Shown: positions 36,993 through 46,998 of the stretch, piece by piece | How positions within the stretch are numbered: the first letter of the stretch is position 1 | Layout of the letters: each line of letters starts with the position of its first letter | Source: a candidate division WOR-3 bacterium | Lineage (GTDB): Bacteria; Hydrothermota; Tepidihabitantia; Tepidihabitantales; Tepidihabitantaceae | Length of the DNA: 64,000 bases | Direction: 5' to 3' | Assembly: GCA_965649225.1 (NCBI GenBank) | Contig: CBFGJX010000002.1 | Location: forward strand, 18,625 to 82,624 | Notes under the pieces: generated by a model | Database searches by the model: none | What the model was told of the DNA's origin: nothing | The model's input: the letters and a program-made list of their open reading frames with translations, nothing else | Position numbers and translations under genes: made by a program

Positions 36993-37919
36993 TTAGGCCT
37001 TGCCGAGCAAACGGTGCAGCAGTGCCCGCTGGGCATGCAGGCGATTCTCGGCCTGGTCGAGAACTACCGATGCCGGCCCATCGAGCACTTCGGCGGTAAT
37101 TTCCTCGCCGCGGTGCGCCGGCAGACAATGCAGCACTCGCGCACCGGGCGCGGCTGCATCCAGCAGTGCCTTGTTGAGCTGGAAGGGCCGGAAGATCTGT
37201 GCTCGCTGGGCGGCTTCATTTTCCTGACCCATCGAGGCCCAGACATCGGTGTAGACAAACTCGGCGCCGCGGACTGCCTCGTAGGGGTCATAGGTCAGAA
37301 GCAGCCGGCTGCCTGACTGGCCGGCGTACTCGCGGGCTTTGGCGACGACAGCCGCCGGTGGCTCAAATCCGCGCGGAGTGGCAATCCGGATGTGGATTCC
37401 AAGCATCGTGCAGGCAAGCATCAGTGAGTTGCAGACGTTGTTGCCGTCGCCGGTCCAGGCCAGCGTTGCGTCTTTAAGTGTGCCCCGCAGGTCGCGTACC
37501 GTCAGCAGGTCGGCGAGTGTCTGGCAAGGGTGTTCGAGGTCACAGAGAGCGTTGATTACCGGTACCGTTGCGTTGTGCGCCAGATCGACAATCGTCTGAT
37601 GGGCAAACACCCGGGCGATAATGCAGTTAACCCAGCGGGAAAGATTCTTCGCGACGTCCTCGACCGTTTCCCGCTTGCCCATGCCGATATCAGCAGGGCC
37701 GAGGTAGACGCTTGAGCCACCGAGGTTGCGCATCGCTACCTCAAAAGTCACGCGGGTGCGCAACGATGGTTTTTCGAATATCAGTGCGGCCACAGTGCCG
37801 GGTGCTGAGTCGATGCGGGGTCTTGTCTTGAGCTGCTGTTTGAGCTCGGTTGCCAGATCCAGCAGGCCGAGCAGTTCGGCCCGCGACAGGTCATTGATTG
37901 AAGTCAGGTCTTTGTTCAT
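36993..37919 (-). CDS. argF: Ornithine carbamoyltransferase
   Basis: FEKPSLRTR, HPCQ, GDGNN, TDVWASMG, HCLPAHRG, QAENR. Confidence 0.93.
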   Translation of the reverse strand: MNKDLTSINDLSRAELLGLLDLATELKQQLKTRPRIDSAPGTVAALIFEKPSLRTRVTFEVAMRNLGGSSVYLGPADIGMGKRETVEDVAKNLSRWVNCIIARVFAHQTIVDLAHNATVPVINALCDLEHPCQTLADLLTVRDLRGTLKDATLAWTGDGNNVCNSLMLACTMLGIHIRIATPRGFEPPAAVVAKAREYAGQSGSRLLLTYDPYEAVRGAEFVYTDVWASMGQENEAAQRAQIFRPFQLNKALLDAAAPGARVLHCLPAHRGEEITAEVLDGPASVVLDQAENRLHAQRALLHRLLGKA

Positions 37920-38074
37920 CTTTTCTCCGGTTAGTATACCTATGTTGGCGCCACAGAATAGACCGCGATTGCATGCAGTCAAGGAGGAGGGGAAAGGAAG
38001 TCTAAAAACTGCCGGGAGCGCGAGGAATCAATCGGTTTGATCGCGGAGAGCAGATTGTCTTTCCTAACCGGACA

Positions 38075-38092
38075 CTATAACCCAGGTTATAG
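38075..38092. promoter_or_regulatory. Palindromic candidate transcription-factor site between divergent argF and sucC
   Basis: CTATAACC-ca-GGTTATAG, perfect 8-bp inverted repeat. Confidence 0.4.
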
Positions 38093-38360
38093 CTGGTGCT
38101 TTCGAACAACAGCAGGAAAGTTCCTAAAACAGCGTTCGTTGCCAGTGCCGGGCTTTTTTGACTCCCGCACCGGGTAGAGGCCTTTGGTTCGAACGAGCCA
38201 CGACCGGGTTGTGCGAAAGCGCAGCAAGCGGCCGCAGGCGGAAGCGTCGCAAGGTCATGGTTCGGAGCGACGTAATGCCGGTTCTTCGGCTGTGAGCTGT
38301 GGCGAACGGCACGCGGCCAGGGATTTGACTTGTCGTCCGGTTTCGCTACATTAGGCCGCA

Positions 38361-39500
38361 ATGAAGATTCACGAGTTCCAGGCCAAAGAGATTTTCTCCA
38401 GACACGGCATTCCGGTTCCGCGCGAGCGCGTTGCCGCAAGTTCCGACGAGGCAGCGACCATCGCTGCGGAAATCGGCCTGCCGGTGGTTGTCAAGGCGCA
38501 GGTTCTGGTCGGCGGCCGGGGCAAGGCTGGCGGCGTGAAGCGGGCCGGCTCCATTGAGGAGGTTCGCTCGGCCGCGGGCGGGATAATTGGAATGGATATC
38601 AAGGGGCTGAAGGTTCACCGGGTGCTGGTTTCGGCGTGCGCCGATATCAAGGGCGAGTTCTATGTCGGCATCATTGTCGACCGTGCGGCGCGCGTGCCAG
38701 TACTGATGGCCTCGGCCGCTGGTGGGGTGGAAATCGAAGAGGTTGCCCGCACGAGTCCGGAAAAAATCCTGAAGATACCGATCGATCCGCTGATGGGGCT
38801 TTTGTCGTTTCAGGCACGCAACGCCGGAATGGCACTTTTCGGTGACGCGAAGCTGGCGCGCGACTTCACCAGCATCGCCCAGAAGCTGTACCGGATCTTC
38901 GTCGAGCAGGACTGTTCGCTCATCGAAATCAACCCGCTCGTGAAGCTGGCCGATGGTTCGCTTCTGGCCCTGGATGCGAAGATCAACTTCGACGACAACG
39001 CCGACTTCCGACACAAGGAATGGGAGGCGATGCGCGACCTGTCGGCCGAGGAGCCAAAGGAACTGGAGGCCAAGGCGGCCGGGCTTTCCTACATCAAGCT
39101 CTCCGGCAACGTCGGCTGCGTCGTCAACGGCGCCGGACTGGCGATGGCAACGATGGACCTGATAAAACGCTATGGTGGTGAGCCGGCCAACTTCCTTGAT
39201 GTCGGTGGTTCGTCGTCGCCGGAGAAGATGGTCACGGCAATGAAGATAGTCCTCTCCGATCCGAACGTGAAAGCTATTCTCGTGAACATTTTTGGCGGTA
39301 TCACCCGCTGCGACGACATCGCCAACGGACTGATCCAGGCGCGGCAGATGGCCGACATCAGGGTGCCGATTGTGGCGCGATTGACCGGCACCAACGCCGA
39401 GCAGGCACGCGCAATACTACAGAACAGTCCGGTGACCAGTGCGGCAACGATGGCTGAAGCGGTGCAGAAAGCGGTTGTACTTGCCGGAGGCAACAGATGA
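38361..39500 (+). CDS. sucC: Succinyl-CoA synthetase beta subunit
   Basis: [58 protein letters not shown]. Confidence 0.97.
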   Translation: MKIHEFQAKEIFSRHGIPVPRERVAASSDEAATIAAEIGLPVVVKAQVLVGGRGKAGGVKRAGSIEEVRSAAGGIIGMDIKGLKVHRVLVSACADIKGEFYVGIIVDRAARVPVLMASAAGGVEIEEVARTSPEKILKIPIDPLMGLLSFQARNAGMALFGDAKLARDFTSIAQKLYRIFVEQDCSLIEINPLVKLADGSLLALDAKINFDDNADFRHKEWEAMRDLSAEEPKELEAKAAGLSYIKLSGNVGCVVNGAGLAMATMDLIKRYGGEPANFLDVGGSSSPEKMVTAMKIVLSDPNVKAILVNIFGGITRCDDIANGLIQARQMADIRVPIVARLTGTNAEQARAILQNSPVTSAATMAEAVQKAVVLAGGNR

Positions 39501-39543
39501 GGTGGCGGTTGCCGCCCTGCCGAAACGGACAGGAGTCAGCCCA

Positions 39544-40404
39544 ATGAGCATTCTTGTAGGCAAAGAGAACCGAGTTATTGTCCAGGGTATCACCGGTCGG
39601 GACGGCGCTTTCCATGCCCGGGCGATGCGCGACTATGGCACCAACGTGGTCGGTGGTGTAACGCCGGGCAAGGGCGGGCAGCAGGTCGAAGGCATGCCGG
39701 TCTTTGATTCGGTCGATGAGGCGGTCCGACAGACCGGCGCCGACACATCGATTATCTTTGTGCCGGCCGCGTTCGCTTCCGACGCGATGCTGGAATGTAT
39801 CGCCGCCGGCCTGAAGCTGGTGGTCTGCGTGTCCGAGGGCGTACCGACAATGGATATGGTCAGGGTGCTGGCTTATGCCCGCAGCAGGGGGACGCGCATC
39901 CTCGGCCCCAACTGCCCGGGCGTGATTTCACCGGGCAAGGCCAAAGTCGGAATCATGCCGGCGGCCAGCTTCAGTCCGGGTTGTATCGGTGTGGTATCGC
40001 GTTCCGGTACGTTGACCTATGAAATCGCAGCCAACACCGGTGAGTTCGGCCAGTCGACCGTGGTCGGGATTGGCGGGGACCCGGTCATCGGCACGACCTT
40101 TCTGGACTGTCTGGAGATGTTCAATGCCGACCCGGAAACCAAGGCGATAGTGCTTGTCGGTGAAATCGGCGGGACCGATGAAGAACGGGCAGCCGAATAC
40201 GTGAAGACCAACGTGGGCAAGCCGGTAGTCGGCTTCATCGCCGGACAGACCGCACCGCCGGGCAAACGCATGGGTCACGCCGGTGCGATTATCGCTGGTG
40301 GTGCCGGTACCGCGACAGAAAAACTCGCCGCTTTTCAGTCCGCCGGCATCGGGGTCTTCCATGAACCCCAGGAATTGCCGGAACTGCTGCGTCGGCTGAT
40401 TTAG
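39544..40404 (+). CDS. sucD: Succinyl-CoA synthetase alpha subunit
   Basis: [39 protein letters not shown]. Confidence 0.97.
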   Translation: MSILVGKENRVIVQGITGRDGAFHARAMRDYGTNVVGGVTPGKGGQQVEGMPVFDSVDEAVRQTGADTSIIFVPAAFASDAMLECIAAGLKLVVCVSEGVPTMDMVRVLAYARSRGTRILGPNCPGVISPGKAKVGIMPAASFSPGCIGVVSRSGTLTYEIAANTGEFGQSTVVGIGGDPVIGTTFLDCLEMFNADPETKAIVLVGEIGGTDEERAAEYVKTNVGKPVVGFIAGQTAPPGKRMGHAGAIIAGGAGTATEKLAAFQSAGIGVFHEPQELPELLRRLI

Positions 40405-40477
40405 GCTTTTGAGCTGAGACCCACTGCCGGGCGAAAGTTCGGCAGTGGGTCTTGCTGTTGTCCTGAGATGTTGCCTG

Positions 40478-41020
40478 TCAGCTCTTGCCGAGCTGACGTT
40501 TGCCTTCGGCAAAGCCCTGTTCGAATGCCTCGATGTTCTTTTTCAGCAGCCGGTCTGGAACCGTTCCGGGCAGCGCGTCAAGCAGCGCCTGTTTGCTGAC
40601 GACCTCTGTAATCGCGACGATGAAACCGAGCATAACAAGATTGGCATAGAGCCGGTTGCCCAGTTTTTCGGCCATCCGTGTCGCCGGTATTGCGAACTGG
40701 CGGATAGCGGCGCGAGGTTCGTGGGGCCGGACCAGGTCGCTTTCAATCAGCAGAATGCCGTCTTCCTTCAGTTCCGGCTCGAACTTGTCGTAGGCTTCTT
40801 GTGACATCGCAATCAGGATATCTGGTTTGACCAGATAGGGGTACAATATCGTGTCTTCCCGGACAACCAGTTGCGCCGCGCATGCACCCCCGCGGGCTTC
40901 CGGCCCAAAGCTCTGGGTCAGGGTGGCATTCTTGTTGCCGTAAAGCGCCGCCGCCTTGCCCAGAATCATCCCGATGCGGATGATGCCCTGACCGCCGAAA
41001 CCGGCCACCTTGATATCCAT
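40478..41020 (-). CDS. 2-oxoacid:ferredoxin oxidoreductase gamma subunit
   Basis: GFGGQG, SFGPEARGG, ANLVMLG. Confidence 0.92.
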   Translation of the reverse strand: MDIKVAGFGGQGIIRIGMILGKAAALYGNKNATLTQSFGPEARGGACAAQLVVREDTILYPYLVKPDILIAMSQEAYDKFEPELKEDGILLIESDLVRPHEPRAAIRQFAIPATRMAEKLGNRLYANLVMLGFIVAITEVVSKQALLDALPGTVPDRLLKKNIEAFEQGFAEGKRQLGKS

Positions 41021-41925
41021 CAGTCGCTCCCGGATGAAGGCGTCATGGGACCACTGTAGGGAACGTAGCGTTTGCCCAGTACCCGGCCGAGGTGTTCGTT
41101 CATCATATCCAGCCAGGTTGGGACCTGACGGTGGACAAACTTGCCGACGATGATGTCCTGCTGGTAGCGAATATCGCATTCCCGTGTATCGGCAAAGTTG
41201 CGGGTTATGGAGTGGTCGTGGTAGAATTTCATCAGGTCGAGGCCCGAGCCAAGCCGGTTTCGCCGGCCGTACACGGTCGGACAGGGTGAAATCACCTCGA
41301 TAAAAGAGAATCCGCGGTGCGCCAGCGCTTCCTTGATGGAGACGGTCAACTGCCGGACGTGCAGAGCCGTCCAGCGTGCAACATAGGTGGCACCACAGGA
41401 CTCGACCAGGAAAGGCAGGTTGAACGTCCGTTCGAAATTGCCGTAGGGGGCGGTGGTGGTTGTTGCCGTCTCCGGCGTGGTCGGGCCGGACTGGCCGCCG
41501 GTCATTGCATAGTTGAAGTTGTTGACGCAGATGACCGTCATGTCGATATTGCGGCGGGCAGCGTGAATCAGGTGATTGCCGCCGATTGCCACGATGTCGC
41601 CGTCGCCCGAGATTACCACCACCTTCAGGCGCGGGTTGCCCAGCTTCAACCCGGTAGCGTAGGGCAACGCCCGGCCGTGGGTCGTGTGAAATGAATCAAA
41701 CTTGAGGTAGCCGGCAGCGCGACCAGTGCAGCCGATTCCGGATACAACCGCGATATCGGAACGGGGGATTGATCCCTCTTTGACTGCAGCGATGAAAGCA
41801 GTCAGACAGGTGCCGAGTCCACAGGTCGAACACCAGATATGGGGCATGCGGTCCATCCGGAGGTAATCTTCCATCGGATGGTGCTCGGGAGTGCCGCGCT
41901 CAATCAGGAGTTGTTCAGGATTCAC
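41020..41925 (-). CDS. 2-oxoacid:ferredoxin oxidoreductase beta subunit (TPP-binding)
   Basis: WCSTCG, SGIGC, HGRA, GDGD...IGGNH, NN.NYAMTGGQ, SPCPT. Confidence 0.93.
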   Translation of the reverse strand: MNPEQLLIERGTPEHHPMEDYLRMDRMPHIWCSTCGLGTCLTAFIAAVKEGSIPRSDIAVVSGIGCTGRAAGYLKFDSFHTTHGRALPYATGLKLGNPRLKVVVISGDGDIVAIGGNHLIHAARRNIDMTVICVNNFNYAMTGGQSGPTTPETATTTTAPYGNFERTFNLPFLVESCGATYVARWTALHVRQLTVSIKEALAHRGFSFIEVISPCPTVYGRRNRLGSGLDLMKFYHDHSITRNFADTRECDIRYQQDIIVGKFVHRQVPTWLDMMNEHLGRVLGKRYVPYSGPMTPSSGSD

Positions 41926-43079
41926 CTGACACCACCTACTATTGCTTTGAGGATATCATCGGGGTCGTGCACCCAGCCACCGCAGTGCGGGACAAGAATC
42001 GTTTTGCAGCGTCCCGACGCGGCACGCTGAACCTCGCGATAAATCTGCCCCAGATTCAGCTCGGGAACGACCAGAGCTTTGACCCGCTCGGCCAGCCGGG
42101 CGATATGCTTCTCCGGAAACGGCCAGACGGTTATCAGCCGCAGCATGCCGACCTTGATGCCCAGCCGGCGGGCATCATCAATCGCCTTTGTTGCGACACG
42201 GGACGAAATCCCGTAGGCCACGACAACGACCTCGGCATCGTCGGTCTGGTCTTCCTTGACGATGATGATGTCGTCGGCGTTTCGTCTGATTTTTTCCGCA
42301 AGCCGTGACACGCAGAGCTGCTGACATTCGGCATTGATCACCGGATAGCCGCGTTCGTCGTGGGTCAATCCGGTAATGTGAAAACGATAATCGTCGCCTG
42401 CCCGTACCATCGGTGGTACCAGATCGGCATCAGGCTTGTAAGGGAGGTAGGACTCCTTCGGCCCGGTATACCAGCGCCGCGGCCAGACCTCGATGCTCTC
42501 CGCTTTGGGGATAACCACCCGCTCGGTCATGTGACCGACGCATTCGTCCATCATGAAGAGTACCGGCAGACGGTAACGTTCCGAGAGGTTGAAACAGGTA
42601 ATCGCCAGGTCAAAGCACTCCTGCGGCGATGCAGGGGAGATGGCGATGATTTCGTAATCGCCGTGGCTGCCCCAGCGGGCCTGCATCATGTCCTGCTGGC
42701 CGGTCAAGGTAGGCAGACCGGTCGACGGACCGCCACGTTGAACATTGACGATTACGCAGGGAGTCTCGGTCATGATGCCCAGACCGAGATTCTCCATCAT
42801 CAGTGAAAAGCCGGGGCCGGAAGTGATGGTAATTGCCTTTGCGCCCGCCCAGGAAGCCCCGAGCACTGCGGCGATTGAGGCCAGCTCGTCCTCCATCTGA
42901 ATGAAGGTTCCGCCGATCTGGGGAAAGCGTTCCGCCAGCCGTTCTGCTACTTCGGTCGACGGAGTGATCGGGTAGCCGGCACAGAACCGACAGCCGGCGG
43001 CAATGGCGCCTTCGGCGCAGGCATGGTCGCCGTCGAGATAATGCGCACCGGTGAGTACCACGCTGCTGTCGGACTTCAC
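41922..43079 (-). CDS. 2-oxoacid:ferredoxin oxidoreductase alpha subunit
   Basis: GYPITPSTE, QMEDE, TSGPGFSLM, QRGGPSTGLPT, ELNLGQ. GTG start at 43079. Confidence 0.93.
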   Translation of the reverse strand: MKSDSSVVLTGAHYLDGDHACAEGAIAAGCRFCAGYPITPSTEVAERLAERFPQIGGTFIQMEDELASIAAVLGASWAGAKAITITSGPGFSLMMENLGLGIMTETPCVIVNVQRGGPSTGLPTLTGQQDMMQARWGSHGDYEIIAISPASPQECFDLAITCFNLSERYRLPVLFMMDECVGHMTERVVIPKAESIEVWPRRWYTGPKESYLPYKPDADLVPPMVRAGDDYRFHITGLTHDERGYPVINAECQQLCVSRLAEKIRRNADDIIIVKEDQTDDAEVVVVAYGISSRVATKAIDDARRLGIKVGMLRLITVWPFPEKHIARLAERVKALVVPELNLGQIYREVQRAASGRCKTILVPHCGGWVHDPDDILKAIVGGVR

Positions 43080-43354
43080 TGTTCTACCTCGCAGTTTTCC
43101 GGTTCCAGGGTGTTCCAGATAGCGAACTCCGGGCAAAGCGCCTCGCACAGTCGGCAATTGACGCAGGCTTCGGGGCGGACCACAACCGGCGGATGGTAAC
43201 TTCGGCGATTGAACTCCGGCGACTGCTCGAGCACCTTGCGTGGGCAGTAGGCGACGCAAAAGCCGCAACCCTTGCAGCGCTCCCAGATTATGTGGACCTT
43301 GCCACGGGGTGGTTTCTTCTTTTCAGCATCCAGCGGGCGGCGCCAGTACTTCAT
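43076..43354 (-). CDS. 2[4Fe-4S] ferredoxin, delta subunit of the oxidoreductase
   Basis: CKGCGFC...CP and CVNCRLC...CP. Confidence 0.93.
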   Translation of the reverse strand: MKYWRRPLDAEKKKPPRGKVHIIWERCKGCGFCVAYCPRKVLEQSPEFNRRSYHPPVVVRPEACVNCRLCEALCPEFAIWNTLEPENCEVEQ

Positions 43355-43450
43355 CGTCAGTCGGCGATTATATGCCCGCCAATTCGTGCGTCAAGTGTAT
43401 TGACTGATGAGGATTTGACACGTCCAATGCGCAGGTGCTATAATCGGCCG

Positions 43451-43912
43451 TTGCCGGACCAGAAGACACCAATAGCCGAGGCAGCGTCGCGACTCGTCGA
43501 CCTGCGCATCATTGAGGCGATAGCCTATTTGCCCGGGCTTTTCTTTCTGCCGTTGCTTGTCGCACCGCGCGAGAAGACAGCCGGGTTTCATTCGGCCCAG
43601 AGTCTGGTGCTGTTTGCCGGGCTTTGCGCAATCGGCCTTGCTTCTGCGCTGGCGGATTTGGTCTTTGGGGGCATCCTCGGCCGCATGGTAATCGCCGGGG
43701 TCTTTTTTCGAGTGATCGCCTGGATGGTCAGATACCCGGTGGCAATTGCGGCGTCGCTGTACTATCTGGCCTCGGTAATTGCCGGCGCTGCCGGCGCGCT
43801 CGCCGGTAACTGCACGACGTTGCCGCTGGCCGGGAGGTATGTTCCCGCCGTTCAGCAGTGGCTGTGGCGGTCGGGGTCCGGAGTAACCGCAGATTCGTCG
43901 GGTAAGGAATAG
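43451..43912 (+). CDS. DUF4870/Tic20-like membrane protein (copy 1)
   Basis: AIAYL...FH..QSL...G...LPL.G. TTG start 6 nt after TATAAT. Confidence 0.65.
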   Translation: MPDQKTPIAEAASRLVDLRIIEAIAYLPGLFFLPLLVAPREKTAGFHSAQSLVLFAGLCAIGLASALADLVFGGILGRMVIAGVFFRVIAWMVRYPVAIAASLYYLASVIAGAAGALAGNCTTLPLAGRYVPAVQQWLWRSGSGVTADSSGKE

Positions 43913-43931
43913 CGAACTATAAGGAGGAATC

Positions 43932-44318
43932 GTGAGTGGCGAAGAAACCAACCGTCCAGAGCCCGCAAACGTGACAACCCCGCAGCCCGCTGCCGGGTCG
44001 CAGGACGACGTCGAGAAAGCCAAGAGCACTGCTTGGCTTGCCTATGTCGGGATTCTGTGGCTGATTCCACTGTTGACAATGAAAGACAACACCTTTGCCA
44101 AGTTCCACGTCAAACAGGGCATCGTGCTGTCAATCTACGGCGTCGCGATCGGAATCCTGGGAGGGGCGATTCCCTTCCTCGGATGGTTTATCATCGCACC
44201 GTTGGGCTCCATTCTTCTGCTGGTTCTGGCAATAATTGGTATAGTGAATGCGGCCGGCGGCAAGTGGTGGAAGTGCCCACTCTGGGTCAGCACACTGGCA
44301 GAGAAGTTCACTTTCTAA
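43932..44318 (+). CDS. DUF4870/Tic20-like membrane protein (copy 2)
   Basis: LAYVGILWLIPL...FAKFHVKQG...IIGIVNA..G. SD AAGGAGG. Confidence 0.82.
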   Translation: MSGEETNRPEPANVTTPQPAAGSQDDVEKAKSTAWLAYVGILWLIPLLTMKDNTFAKFHVKQGIVLSIYGVAIGILGGAIPFLGWFIIAPLGSILLLVLAIIGIVNAAGGKWWKCPLWVSTLAEKFTF

Positions 44319-44357
44319 ACGGGTGTTGTTCTGATAATATAGATTATGTAAACTAGA

Positions 44358-44378
44358 CCGGGCTCGCGATTAGCCCGG
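44358..44378. terminator. Hairpin between convergent genes
   Basis: CCGGGCT-cgcgatt-AGCCCGG. Confidence 0.4.
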
Positions 44379-44396
44379 CGACAATGCTGTGCCTGG

Positions 44397-45422
44397 CTAT
44401 TTGAGTGACTGGTACGCGGCCAACAGCCTCTGCCCCGCATGACGCCAGAGGTAGTTGGAAAGAACGTGCTCGGACAAGCGGCGTGAAGCGGCTCGCCGCA
44501 GTGCTGCCCGCAGGGCGTTGCGGATTGACGCTACATCCGATGGCTCAAAATAGTCGGCCATGTCGCCGAAGTACTCGGTTGTGCCGCCGTAACGGGTGAT
44601 ACAGATTCGCGCGCCGGCAGCGGCGGCTTCAAGGGCTGCCAAGCCGGGTGTCTCGTAGTAGGAGGGCAGACAGAAAACCGCACAGGCGGCGTAGGCCGAT
44701 GCCAGCAGTCCAGAACTGGGCGGCAGCGCTGGAATGTGGATTATCCGGTCGGAGGCGGCCATGGCTTCCCGGCAGCTGCGCCCGTAGGGGGTGTCGATCA
44801 GTCGACCGATAAAGACCGCCGGCCGGTCAATCCCGGCCAGTGCCTGAATCAGCCTGAAAACGTTCTTCCTTTCCCAGCCGATGTGGCCGGCGTAGAGGAT
44901 GAAGTCACGGACGCCGTACTCCCGAACAAAGAGATCGGGTGTGGCCGACGCGAAGTGTTCATCCGTGCCGTTGGGCAGCAGCAGCATCCGGGCGCGGTCG
45001 ATTCCGAAGGCCTGATTAATCATCGTCATCTCGGCATTTGTGTTAGGTAGAACTAGCTGGGCCATGTCGCACAATTCCTTGCAGAACATGTGCTCGGTCC
45101 ACACTCCGCCGGCCCGACGCAATCGCCGGGCCAAGGCCAACCGGCGAGCAACTCCGGCCGCGCTGCGGCGGCTGTAAAACACGGGCGAAACGACCAGCCT
45201 TCTGCCCAGGGTCGAAATTGCCCGGCCAAGATGATAAGTTCCGACGTTGGCACCGAAAATGTGAAACAGGTCAACCTCGGTGTCAGAGTACCGCCGCCAG
45301 GGGTCGAACAGTTCCGCATCCACGCCCAGTGCGTTGAGTTCCCTTTGCAGTGACCGGACCTGAACCTCTACCCCGCCCCCCAGAAGCGAGACCGCTGAAA
45401 ATGTACCGAGAACGACTTTCAC
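44397..45422 (-). CDS. Glycosyltransferase family 4
   Basis: GGVE, PNG, RKN, PSYYETPGLAALEA. Confidence 0.9.
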   Translation of the reverse strand: MKVVLGTFSAVSLLGGGVEVQVRSLQRELNALGVDAELFDPWRRYSDTEVDLFHIFGANVGTYHLGRAISTLGRRLVVSPVFYSRRSAAGVARRLALARRLRRAGGVWTEHMFCKELCDMAQLVLPNTNAEMTMINQAFGIDRARMLLLPNGTDEHFASATPDLFVREYGVRDFILYAGHIGWERKNVFRLIQALAGIDRPAVFIGRLIDTPYGRSCREAMAASDRIIHIPALPPSSGLLASAYAACAVFCLPSYYETPGLAALEAAAAGARICITRYGGTTEYFGDMADYFEPSDVASIRNALRAALRRAASRRLSEHVLSNYLWRHAGQRLLAAYQSLK

Positions 45423-45429
45423 AAGACGA

Positions 45430-46998
45430 TTATCGGCCGGAACGCCTCTTTTGCAAGCAACGCTGTACGTCTAGACGTATCTCACGGCCGAGCTGAATCA
45501 ACGTTGCCCGACGTAGTGCCGGGTCGGACCTCGGTCCAGGAGCAATTTTCGGCTGCGGCTGCCAGTCCAGTTCAGCCAACCGAAAACTGTGAACAACGTT
45601 GTCAATCCACGCTTCCCTCCCGTCGAACTCCGCAATCAATCCTGGCAGCGGTTCATTGCCGCTGTTGTCAATCAACACTGAATCGGCGGCGACCTCGAAC
45701 CTGGTGCAGTACACCTCCCGCCTGCGCCACCAGCGGGCGTATTCGACAAATGTCCAAAACCTGCCGGCGGTGGCACGGGCCAGTTCCAGCAAGCGCCTGA
45801 AAACCGATTCCTGACCGGCGCCCTCTGGCGGATGGTCGTAAAGAAGACAGGGCTCGCGCCGGGCCAACCGGTGTTCGATGAGTCGGCGATAGTAGCCAAT
45901 GAGCGTTGACTCGTCGGCTCTGGACCGGCGCAGGGTACCAGTGCAGACCGGATGAATCGGCAGCTGCAGTGGTTGCTGCAAAGTTCCTACGACGGGATGA
46001 AACGGCAAACCGTCGTAGCTGCAGGCGAACTCTGACGAGTACTCAAACTTGGCATCCGCGACCGCTGTTTGCAGTTTCGCTGACCACTCGCCGAATGGGG
46101 CAGCATATCCCGGTGGACGGGCGCCGAGGCGGCTCAAATGGGCAACGCCAGCGTTGAGGTCACCTCGTATTGCCTCAGCGCCACGCGGAAGCCGGTGGCG
46201 GTGACAATGAAGCGAGACTTCGTGGCCGGCCCGCGTGAGCCGCTGCAGTGTCGCGCTGTCCAGCGGTGCAGCCGCAGTGTGAACAAAAAAGCTCAGTTTG
46301 ACGCCCAGTGCGTCAGCAATTTCTGTTGCCGTCAGAATTGAATCGAGGCCGGCCACGTCGGTGTCGATTCGCATTCCAAACAACGCCCGTGTGCCGGCCG
46401 GGAACGGCGACAGCCTTACATAAGGAAGGCCGAGTCTTGCCAGTACCACCCGCAGGCAGTTGGCAAGCAGCCGCTTGAGCTCAGCCTTGGCAACCGCTGA
46501 CACCCGTTCGAATGCCGGACGTCCGCCGGAAACACTGAAGCGACGATTGGCGCTCCGGGTATCACCGAGCAAAGTTGAAGGTTCGAAGCACAGTACGACG
46601 ATTGGAGCAGAACCAATCGAACCACTGTAAACTGCGCGGGCACCGGCGTTCGTCAGCCCGTGATTGGCGCTGCGCGGCAGTTCGAGAACGCAATCGGTAT
46701 CGATTATCCCGGTTCCCGTGAAAAGGGCTGAATCGTCAGGACAGATGTAGCGGACACGAACACGGACGGTCTGATTCGAACCAAGCAGCAGAGAGGCACA
46801 GCGCGAGCCCGCCAGCACACCCCCGCCGGCCTTGATGTGAGCGTCAAGCAGCCGCAGCTCGTCGTCATTCGGCGGCCGGTCAAGAATCAGCACGCCTTTG
46901 CTGGGCCAGGTGGGCATGTTGCCGACCAGCCGATAGGGCAGTCCCTCGCTCTGTAGAAAAGAAAGCCAGTGTGCTTCTCCCGAAAGCAGCCAAATCAC
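45430..46998 (-). CDS. Polysaccharide deacetylase-like (NodB-fold) protein
   Basis: RIDTD, HEVSLHCHRH, GYAAPFG, YSS, YDHP. Confidence 0.72.
   Translation of the reverse strand: MIWLLSGEAHWLSFLQSEGLPYRLVGNMPTWPSKGVLILDRPPNDDELRLLDAHIKAGGGVLAGSRCASLLLGSNQTVRVRVRYICPDDSALFTGTGIIDTDCVLELPRSANHGLTNAGARAVYSGSIGSAPIVVLCFEPSTLLGDTRSANRRFSVSGGRPAFERVSAVAKAELKRLLANCLRVVLARLGLPYVRLSPFPAGTRALFGMRIDTDVAGLDSILTATEIADALGVKLSFFVHTAAAPLDSATLQRLTRAGHEVSLHCHRHRLPRGAEAIRGDLNAGVAHLSRLGARPPGYAAPFGEWSAKLQTAVADAKFEYSSEFACSYDGLPFHPVVGTLQQPLQLPIHPVCTGTLRRSRADESTLIGYYRRLIEHRLARREPCLLYDHPPEGAGQESVFRRLLELARATAGRFWTFVEYARWWRRREVYCTRFEVAADSVLIDNSGNEPLPGLIAEFDGREAWIDNVVHSFRLAELDWQPQPKIAPGPRSDPALRRATLIQLGREIRLDVQRCLQKRRSGR

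Noticed and set aside
36993-37919. SLRT motif suggesting N-acetyl- or N-succinyl-ornithine transcarbamylase
   Set aside because: The SMG loop (DVWASMG) and HCLPAHRG are typical of true OTC.
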